Source of the DNA: an uncultured virus (IMG/VR IMGVR_UViG_3300011741_000001)
Lineage: Duplodnaviria; Heunggongvirae; Uroviricota; Caudoviricetes
Direction: 5' to 3' (one strand)
Virus record (IMG/VR): IMGVR_UViG_3300011741_000001
Location: 1-64,000 of that record
Length of the DNA: 64,000 bases
Under the pieces are notes generated by a model, which saw only the letters and a list, made by a program, of their open reading frames with translations, did no database searches and was not told the DNA's origin. A program made the translations under genes and the position numbers. Below are positions 28,852-35,445 of the stretch, in pieces (the first letter of the stretch is position 1; each line of letters opens with the position of its first letter).

Positions 28852-28929
28852 AGGCGAGCACCTGGCTGGAATCGAACCAGCGAATATCCGATTATGAGTC
28901 GGGTGTTAACCAACTTAACAGCAGGGCTC
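28852..28929 (-). pseudogene. Degenerate tRNA with CAT anticodon (Met/Ile2-like)
   Basis: Intact T-arm GCTGG-TTCGATT-CCAGC and CCGA-CTCATAA-TCGG arm; bulged acceptor stem, atypical D-arm, ends CCT. Confidence 0.7.
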
Positions 28930-28930
28930 T

Positions 28931-29001
28931 TGCTCCAGCCGGAATCGAACCGGCGACCTCAGGGATTCTTCCCAGTATTCTACCAACAGAACTATGGAGC
29001 C
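28931..29001 (-). pseudogene. tRNA-like element with non-canonical anticodon loop, no CCA
   Basis: GCTCCA/TGGAGC acceptor, D-arm with TGGTAGAA, T-arm GCCGG-TTCGATT-CCGGC; anticodon arm GGGA-AGAA-TCCC lacks a 7-nt U33 loop. Confidence 0.7.
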
Positions 29002-29004
29002 TTA

Positions 29005-29224
29005 ATAGGGCGACACCGCTCCGAATCCCACGGAGTTATTTAGCTGCACTGAGCGACCTTTCCCATTTGTTGCCTCTGACGAGAATGGAAACGGTGGATG
29101 CTCTTATAGGCTGCCATCCCTCTAATGCCGCCGAAGCGCGCGATGGGGACAGTGTCATTGTAAGGTGAGCGCTCGGTATCTAAACCAGTTAACCAAATGG
29201 TGACACCCTGCAGAGTGTCTCTAT
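29005..29224. ncRNA. Candidate 220-nt structured RNA
   Basis: Ends pair (ATAGGGcGACAC/GTGTCTCTAT); internal CTGAGCG-ACCTT/AAGGT..CGCTCGG and CTCCG/CGGAG stems. Confidence 0.45.
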
Positions 29225-29247
29225 TCAGATTACACGCTCATTGATGC

Positions 29248-29323
29248 TGGTTGCATCTACTGGACTTGAACCAGTGACCTCACCCTTATCAGGGGTGCGC
29301 TCTACCAACTGAGCTAAGACGCA
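29248..29323 (-). tRNA. tRNA-Ile(GAT)
   Basis: Cloverleaf, CACCC-CTGATAA-GGGTG, encoded CCA. Confidence 0.95.
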
Positions 29324-29330
29324 AACGTAA

Positions 29331-29420
29331 TGGCGGAGAATGTTGGATTCGAACCAACGGTACCCTTACGGATACACTCCCTTAGCAGGGGAGCGACTTA
29401 AGCCACTCATCCAATTCTCC
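29331..29420 (-). tRNA. tRNA-Ser(GCT)
   Basis: Class II long variable arm, CTCCC-CTGCTAA-GGGAG, GCCA end. Confidence 0.95.
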
Positions 29421-29425
29421 AGATA

Positions 29426-29500
29426 TGGCAGGACTGACGGGTTTCGAACCCGCGACCTCCGCCGTGACAGGGCGGCGTTCTCCCACTGAACTACAGTCCT
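29426..29500 (-). tRNA. tRNA-Asp(GTC)
   Basis: CCGCC-CTGTCAC-GGCGG, GCCA end. Confidence 0.95.
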
Positions 29501-29651
29501 AAAGATGACGCTGCTTGCATGTTGTAGTCGACAACACACTCGAGTCAGGATTGTTTCGCCCCGACCGGACGATACTCCCCGCAGACAAAGGAATCCCGAC
29601 GGCGCTAGTAGAGGAGACTAATCCTTAACCGCAGGCCATCGTTCTTGTATT

Positions 29652-29736
29652 TGGTGGCGTGTGGTGGACTCGAACCACCGAAGACCGAAGTCAACAGATT
29701 TACAGTCTGCTCTCGTTGCCGCTTGAGTAACCCGCC
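29652..29736 (-). tRNA. tRNA-Tyr(GTA)
   Basis: GCAGA-CTGTAAA-TCTGT, long variable arm, ACCA end; one G.A mismatch in the acceptor stem. Confidence 0.92.
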
Positions 29737-29839
29737 GAATGGGTGCCAGCTACTGTGATGGTGTTGATAGAGGCGGTTGAACTCAGGAGAGGTAAACGCA
29801 CACACCAGTACAGCTGCCGACATAATAATTATTACAAGA

Positions 29840-29924
29840 GGGCTATGCTGTGGAATTGAACCACCACAACGCTGACGTCCATTTGCCTGCCGTCATTGTT
29901 GCATCACGCCGACGTGACATAACC
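29840..29924 (-). ncRNA. tRNA-shaped RNA with extended anticodon-position arm
   Basis: GGTTATG/CATAGCC acceptor, TCACG-TCGG-CGTGA arm, GCAAC..TGACG/CGTCA..GTTGT long arm, GTGG-TTCAATT-CCAC T-arm. Confidence 0.6.
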
Positions 29925-30022
29925 ATTGCACATATCTGATAAGATAAACTGTTGTAAGAACAACCACTTAGCTTATCACACATGCTCTTCGCATAATACT
30001 AGGTAAACCTGTAATTAAACTT

Positions 30023-30098
30023 TGGAGCGAGTGATGGGTTTCGAACCCACGGCCTTCTGGTTGGGAACCAGACGCTCTGCCGACTGAGCTACACTCGC
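30023..30098 (-). tRNA. tRNA-Gly(CCC)
   Basis: GCG start, TCTGG-TTCCCAA-CCAGA, U73 discriminator plus CCA. Confidence 0.95.
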
Positions 30099-30100
30099 AA

Positions 30101-30185
30101 TGGTACCGGAGGCGGGGGTCGAACCCGCATGACCTAAGCCGAGGGATTTTAAATCCCTTGTATATACCAATTTCACCACTCCGGT
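30101..30185 (-). tRNA. tRNA-Leu(TAA)
   Basis: AGGGA-TTTAAAA-TCCCT, long variable arm, ACCA end. Confidence 0.95.
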
Positions 30186-30276
30186 ATTAACTGGGGTTGA
30201 TGGACTTCTTCTTCTGAGCCTGTCCGCGGACAGGTCTTAGCGCCTCCAAGCACCAACCCCGATTACTTTTCAATTC

Positions 30277-30755
30277 GTGACGTCCCGGCCGTTTGAGGTA
30301 CCGCGTCAACTGCAGCACACAGCTGCTCGTTCGCATCTGGGAACTTAATCCCATCAGTTAGATTCAGATTGTGGGTTAGGGTTGCCTATGTCAGCGAGTC
30401 GGCTTAATGGGCCGGTGCTTGACCTTCGTCCGTAACGGACACCTGAGGTGAGGACTTGCGTCCTGAAACAGGTTTATGGCGTTCAGTCCCACTGCCTGCT
30501 AACCAATTGCTATCGAGTCGCCACATGCGCATGTTCGCCAGAACGCTTCTCAGCAGCCCCAGCGTGTGATGCACAAATGCTCGAAACATAAGTAAGTACC
30601 TAATGGTGACGTAACGGTCGGGGTACCTGCCTCCGCAGAAACAGTGCTTTGTGTACCCCGGCTAAACAGGACTTACGGGTGTGCCTGTTGTCTACGCTTG
30701 CTCCCCAGCACGAAAGCAGACCGTTCCGGCGGGTTATCAGCCCTGACCGGGAGTT
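30277..30755. ncRNA. Candidate ~480-nt structured non-coding RNA (possibly two domains)
   Basis: No credible ORF; stems GTCCG/CGGAC, ACCTG..AGGAC/GTCCT..CAGGT, CGGGGTAC/GTACCCCG, AACAGG/CCTGTT, TGGGA/TCCCA. Confidence 0.55.
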
Positions 30756-30766
30756 GTCCGAAAAAC

Positions 30767-31597
30767 CTATTTGTCGGTGCCGAGGATACGAGACTGATTC
30801 TTCAGCAGAATCGTCGACACCGCATCAAGCAGTTCATCACTGGCGTTGTTGTTGGCAACCACCAGAGTCGTGGTGCACGGAACGTCTACCTTACCGCCGA
30901 AGAAATCGCTGTTGACGCGCGCGGACTCTTTGGTGTACACGGATTGGCCGTTAGGCAGTTTGTCGTTCACGTTCCACGTGGACATGTCAATCAGTTGCAG
31001 CCCAGAGCTGTCCTGATTCACCGCGTCCAGAAACTTGTTATTCTTGCCCGCTGCAGAAACCCACAGGAACGCATCGTATTCGCCGGTGGCCACTTTGGCT
31101 AACGAACGGATACCGCCTTTGGCGTACGTTTCCGCTTTCGAGTATTCTTTCACCAGTTGCTGCAGATACTGCCAGCTGGCATACGAACCAGAGTCCGGGT
31201 CGCCCACGGCAATCTTCGCGCCGTTGGACAGGTCAGCAGCTTTGGTGATTTTGCCGTCTTTCTTCACGGCTACCCAGACGCACTCTTTGGAGAGCTGGCC
31301 GACGATGTCGACGTTCTGTGCTTCGTTCGGGTGCTTAGAGCGCCAGAACTGGAAAGCATCCGCCTGCGTGAAACCAATCTGCGCTTCGTTGGCGGCGACT
31401 TTGTCCAGATTGTCAATCGACCCTTTGGACGGGACAACCTGTGACTTGTTACCGAATTCGTTCAGGGCTCCGGCGAGGTTAACACCGTAAACCGAGTTGT
31501 ACGTCAAACCTTGCTGACCCGTGGTAATCACCACGTCTTCGCCGGCCACGACAGAAAAACTGAGGAACGCCAATACTCCAATGAGTAACTTTCTCAT
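30767..31597 (-). CDS. TAXI-family (TRAP-associated) periplasmic solute-binding protein
   Basis: Sec signal peptide; motifs ITTGQQGLTY, SKGSIDNL, IGFTQAD, AVGDPDSGS, GEYDAF. Confidence 0.85.
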   Translation of the reverse strand: MRKLLIGVLAFLSFSVVAGEDVVITTGQQGLTYNSVYGVNLAGALNEFGNKSQVVPSKGSIDNLDKVAANEAQIGFTQADAFQFWRSKHPNEAQNVDIVGQLSKECVWVAVKKDGKITKAADLSNGAKIAVGDPDSGSYASWQYLQQLVKEYSKAETYAKGGIRSLAKVATGEYDAFLWVSAAGKNNKFLDAVNQDSSGLQLIDMSTWNVNDKLPNGQSVYTKESARVNSDFFGGKVDVPCTTTLVVANNNASDELLDAVSTILLKNQSRILGTDK

Positions 31598-31652
31598 GAT
31601 TATACCTTTTTAAAATTGAGAAGCGGTGCGGGGGAACGTCCACGCACACGTA

Positions 31653-31835
31653 TCAGACTTTTGTTCGCTTTGCGGTCAGCTTGGCGAGCAACGGCCTGAT
31701 GAGGGGCCAACCAAAGTACGCTACTGCTGCCACCACCACGAGAATCGCGGTGAGGTACATAATGCGACCGATGAAATTGCCGAGCAACATCAGCAGCAAG
31801 GCTGCGACGATGTACAACTTGGTTTTCAGTTTCAT
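31653..31835 (-). CDS. Small membrane protein with two TM segments
   Basis: 60 aa, two hydrophobic segments, basic termini. Confidence 0.7.
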   Translation of the reverse strand: MKLKTKLYIVAALLLMLLGNFIGRIMYLTAILVVVAAVAYFGWPLIRPLLAKLTAKRTKV

Positions 31836-31884
31836 GTTACATCCCGTTAAGGATTGGGGGTGGTGGGCCGAAGCCCACCGTTAT

Positions 31885-32127
31885 CTAGCCATTGAGAAAC
31901 GACGTGTGTACGATGCCTTCCGGCAGGTCGCAAGTACCCAACAGCTTGCAGCTCAACTTCTCAGTATCATCGCATGCTCTGTCAGGACACCAACCACCGG
32001 GTGGACGAATTGCTCGGGCAGCGCCTTCCGAAGGAGCCGCGACCACTATGGAATCAAATTCGTCGTACCACATCTCGTCCAGTCGTTCCAGCAAATACAA
32101 GTTCATGTTAACCTCCGCAATTGACAA
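31885..32127 (-). CDS. Small phage hypothetical protein (start likely ATG 32106)
   Basis: GGAGG RBS before MNLYLLER; YDEFDSIVVAAPSE..AR pattern; UUCG hairpin downstream. Confidence 0.7.
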   Translation of the reverse strand: MSIAEVNMNLYLLERLDEMWYDEFDSIVVAAPSEGAARAIRPPGGWCPDRACDDTEKLSCKLLGTCDLPEGIVHTSFLNG

Positions 32128-32165
32128 TCAGGTCATCGCTGGGTTCTGGACTTGTAGGCTAAATT

Positions 32166-32366
32166 TTATTTGCTCTTGCCGCGTTTCTTCGGCTTGAGGA
32201 TAACCTGAATCGTGCCCACGGATTTCGCAGTCACGTTTGCAAACGTATCGTACAACGATTTGCCCTTGTCGGGTTCGTCGTCCAAACACAGACGGGCACC
32301 ACCGCGTTTTATAAACCGACGATTGGTCTCCGCGTCATGGATAAACACCATGTCGGTCTTTGCCAC
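32166..32366 (-). CDS. Small basic hypothetical protein
   Basis: GAGGT RBS 7 nt before GTG 32366; the track ATG at 32399 coincides with a TATG promoter motif. Confidence 0.6.
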   Translation of the reverse strand: MAKTDMVFIHDAETNRRFIKRGGARLCLDDEPDKGKSLYDTFANVTAKSVGTIQVILKPKKRGKSK

Positions 32367-32423
32367 GGGTAGTACCTCGCTCAATTGCGCTCTTCGCATA
32401 ACTTAGCGCAAGCTTGTAAAAAA

Positions 32424-32934
32424 TAATTCAGCTGGGTACCGGCGCTTCGCAGCGTGGGCACCCACCCCTCTCGTCTAGTTCCGAGCCGCCAAGATTGGAT
32501 CACTCTCCTCAGGTGATTCGTCTGGAAACTGGCCTCACTCTGGGGAACCGGATAACCACCGTGGGCTGCAACGCCACCACGGGCCCGAACGCAGACTCCT
32601 GCGTTGGTTACCCAATCAAATCCAAAGCTGCCACGGTACCGGCGCACGGACGACTCCGTGTGTGCCCAAACTGCCACGTCGCAACGAGCAGCCCGGCGGG
32701 CAGGTACCTGAAACTCCGCGCCCCCTAAGCGCGGTAACGTGTTGCCCCGTTTTCCAGTGTCCTCGTGGGAAGGCACTCGAAAAAGAGCCCGTGGCGAGAC
32801 GGGCAAGCGTAAGTGACTGGTGGAAAGGTCCAGTCGAAGTCTACCACTGGCTGGTAGTCGGAATCGGGTATGGCCATAGGTAATACCTAACCCGTGAATC
32901 GTGTCTCGGTTGTCGACTCAGGGGATTCGAATTG
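32424..32934 (-). ncRNA. Candidate ~510-nt highly structured non-coding RNA
   Basis: More than 12 stems tiling the interval; TATG promoter motif at the right boundary, U-tract at the left boundary. Confidence 0.65.
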
Positions 32935-32969
32935 CATAGTAATACCCACACCCCTGTAAAAAATCCACA

Positions 32970-33280
32970 GGGTACGATCCCGATCCTGATCTCGAACTAG
33001 TAATAAGGATCACACGCGCGGGGGCGCGGTTAAATGATCTTATTATTATAATTATAATAAATTATAATTAAATAATAATTTATATATAAAACAAAAAGAT
33101 CCCTGTAGGAAATGGCGTGTGCGCGCACACGCGTATATAGAAGAGATCCGATCGGTATCTAAGTGTTTGTTTTTAAAAGGTTTTTTGTTTAGTAGGATCG
33201 GTAAGGTTTAAGTAATTGATTTATAAGTATTTTTTAAGAAGGTTCTAGGAGAAAGGGTAGTGTAATCAATCACTTAGCCA
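32970..33280. other. Putative replication origin or packaging-initiation site
   Basis: 52-bp pure A/T tract 33040-33091, nine GATC, two perfect IHF consensus sites. Confidence 0.55.
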
Positions 33281-33687
33281 AAAGCTCAGAGAATCGCTTT
33301 TGAACGCTAAGCCAGTTAAGATCCCGAGAGACGCGCAAGCGCACCCCAACGTACGATCCTCGGCGTGGCGGCGGCCATCCGGACGGCTCGACGGCCAAAC
33401 GGGATTTCGCACCCCGGCGGATTTCGATTTGGCAAAATGCATCCCCGTCAACGCCCCCATACCCCCTCTCAGACGTCCTGTACGCCACGCTGTTGCATTT
33501 TCTCAGGGTAAGGAACCCAAACGTACCGGGTCAAAACTGCGCGTCTTAAATCGCGTTACAGACAGTCTTTTCAAGTGACTCAAATGTTGGTTAAAAAATG
33601 AGCAATCCTTAGTGCCACTAGGTGCCGGAGTCAAAAAAAAAATAAAGTGAGCTGGACCACCCACAAGGAGAGGTCCAGCATCGGCTT

Positions 33688-34191
33688 TTAGTCATGAATC
33701 ATGTTACCGTTCATCGCTAAGTGCACGGGTTTGACGTAGATACCCGCCTCCCCGAAGTGGTTGATTTCCCAACGGTTAAACGTCAACAGTTCCAGAGGAA
33801 CGTCGACACCATTCCGGTTAAGATACTCCCAGACACCTTCGAAGCGTTCTTTGGAGACAAACATCATCCCACCGGCAAAGCCTGAACCGAAGTCGAGAAA
33901 GTTCCCGAGTCCAGTTGCAAACGACCCGACACCGTCCTGTGTGAGCGCAATTGCCCCGGCAACGATCCCGGGTTGGTTGGTCATGAGGGCGCAGAGTTCT
34001 ACCACGGTCAAACGTCCTGCGATACGACGGAGAACCGCCGCAGCTGCTAACATCTGTGCTGTGTTAAACGTGCTGATAGACTGATGACTTAAGATTGCGG
34101 TGACGATATTAGTGTCACAGAGTTCCACCAGACGGCGGTCTTGACAAATAATGTTCACTGCCGGTTCCATGGTTGGTGTTGCAGCTAACAT
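33688..34191 (-). CDS. Hypothetical protein
   Basis: 167 aa, AGGAG RBS, terminator at about 33651-33679. Confidence 0.7.
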   Translation of the reverse strand: MLAATPTMEPAVNIICQDRRLVELCDTNIVTAILSHQSISTFNTAQMLAAAAVLRRIAGRLTVVELCALMTNQPGIVAGAIALTQDGVGSFATGLGNFLDFGSGFAGGMMFVSKERFEGVWEYLNRNGVDVPLELLTFNRWEINHFGEAGIYVKPVHLAMNGNMIHD

Positions 34192-34203
34192 GACGTTATA
34201 CTC

Positions 34204-35358
34204 CTATGCAATGAGAGGCTGCGCGCTCGGATCAGTGTGATCCGTGTATCTCAGGGCGATACGTCGCAGACTGTACCCCGTGGCGTAATAGATATTATCG
34301 CTTACGCTACGGATAAAGCCTTCTGGGTCTATTACGTCAACCGAGAAAGGCGAGTCAAATCTCCAGTGTTCGATTTTACCGCCCACTTCGAACTCCGCCC
34401 CATAAACACCGGGGGAGTCGTCTGGTCGGAAGGTGAACAGGGTCGTGCCGGATTCCTTATCCACGCCAGAAATTAACAGTGAAGGCTCATGATGTAGGGT
34501 GACTGTTGCTCGGGAACAACGCGTACTCGTGAGCGATGCACTGTACTTTTTCTCAGGTGCCGGGAACAAGTAATCGACATCGTATGGTGCCTGTTCGTAT
34601 TCGCCCATGTTGTCAAGGCTAATACTTCTGAACACGATTGGAGATTTGTAGTTGCACAGTCGATGCCCTTCCGTGAACATCGTGTACTGAACTTTTACCG
34701 CTGTACCGATAAGGTCAGCCGGCTTCAGTTTGTAATGCGTCAATTGACCTTGAATACGTTTGGAAACCTTGTTCACCAGAAAGACGTTATTGTTGGTGCA
34801 ACGAAGCACAAACCCGTTCTTAGTGACGTCGATGATAGTCGCGTCGATTTTTCTGGCAGGTTCCAACCGGTAACGCTGCCCGTTGTCACGCTCCACCTCA
34901 AACAGCGAGATGTGTTGACCACGGGATTTCATGCCAACGGTGCTTATCACATCGCTGGCGTGAATCTGAATCGGTTCGATCACTTCGACCTGAACCGGGA
35001 GAATGGAGGTCGGGCGCTGACTGAACGTCGTAACGGTAATCGTCTTGAGTTTCTTCTCAGCATCCTCGACAGGTTGACTTAACCACCACGTTAACCAACG
35101 CGCGGTGTTCTGCGGAATGATTTCGGTGGTGTGGACAATGATGTGTCCTTTGATGCCCGCGTCCAGTAGCATCTTGGCCAGCAAGGCGTTCACACACATG
35201 TGTTCACCGTTGACCAGTACAGGCAGTCCTTCCACCACGCGGACTTCGCAAATGCAGCCGTGCGGGTGTACCCACAGCTTCACCATTTCATCAGCGGGGA
35301 TAACCTGATTTCGCAGGTGGGCATGCCAATCGGCCTTGCGTAAGATTTCGTTGCTCAT
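34204..35358 (-). CDS. Hypothetical protein resembling a degenerate ATP-dependent DNA ligase (OB-fold-like segment)
   Basis: AAGGAG RBS, early promoter at 35411; LIGTAVKVQY..T.....SPIVFR resembles ligase OB/motif VI; no KxDG. Confidence 0.6.
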   Translation of the reverse strand: MSNEILRKADWHAHLRNQVIPADEMVKLWVHPHGCICEVRVVEGLPVLVNGEHMCVNALLAKMLLDAGIKGHIIVHTTEIIPQNTARWLTWWLSQPVEDAEKKLKTITVTTFSQRPTSILPVQVEVIEPIQIHASDVISTVGMKSRGQHISLFEVERDNGQRYRLEPARKIDATIIDVTKNGFVLRCTNNNVFLVNKVSKRIQGQLTHYKLKPADLIGTAVKVQYTMFTEGHRLCNYKSPIVFRSISLDNMGEYEQAPYDVDYLFPAPEKKYSASLTSTRCSRATVTLHHEPSLLISGVDKESGTTLFTFRPDDSPGVYGAEFEVGGKIEHWRFDSPFSVDVIDPEGFIRSVSDNIYYATGYSLRRIALRYTDHTDPSAQPLIA

Positions 35359-35445
35359 GATAAAAACTCCTTAAGTTTTAAAAAGATATATAGGCGATAC
35401 TATCACATGGATAATATCTATCCGTAAAAAGTTAGAGGTTGGGCT

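Noticed and set aside
29063..29097. Hammerhead-like words CTGACGA...GAAAC
   Set aside because: No stem II (no G-C closing pair before GAAA) and only 4 nt where stem I should be
30441..30473. Hammerhead-like CTGAGGTGA-GGAC/GTCC-TGAAAC
   Set aside because: Core spacing does not fit CUGANGA/GAAA, and CCTG pairs with CAGG as a simple stem
30193..30760. Possible tmRNA (GGGGTTGAT start) or RNase P RNA
   Set aside because: No GGATTCGAC 5' motif with a matching T-arm/CCA 3' end; no GAGGAAAGUCC or ACAGAA..CGGCUUA P4 elements
32381..32883. ORFs 32381-32806 (-), 32495-32728 (+), 32662-32883 (+)
   Set aside because: No RBS and atypical Arg/Pro/Gly-rich composition; the region is better explained by RNA structure
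32961..32969. DnaA-box-like AAATCCACA
   Set aside because: Two mismatches to TTATCCACA, single copy, and part of a promoter/hairpin
28200..33700. CRISPR array or tandem repeat array in the non-coding region
   Set aside because: No regularly spaced direct repeats seen; only isolated 11-13-nt duplicates
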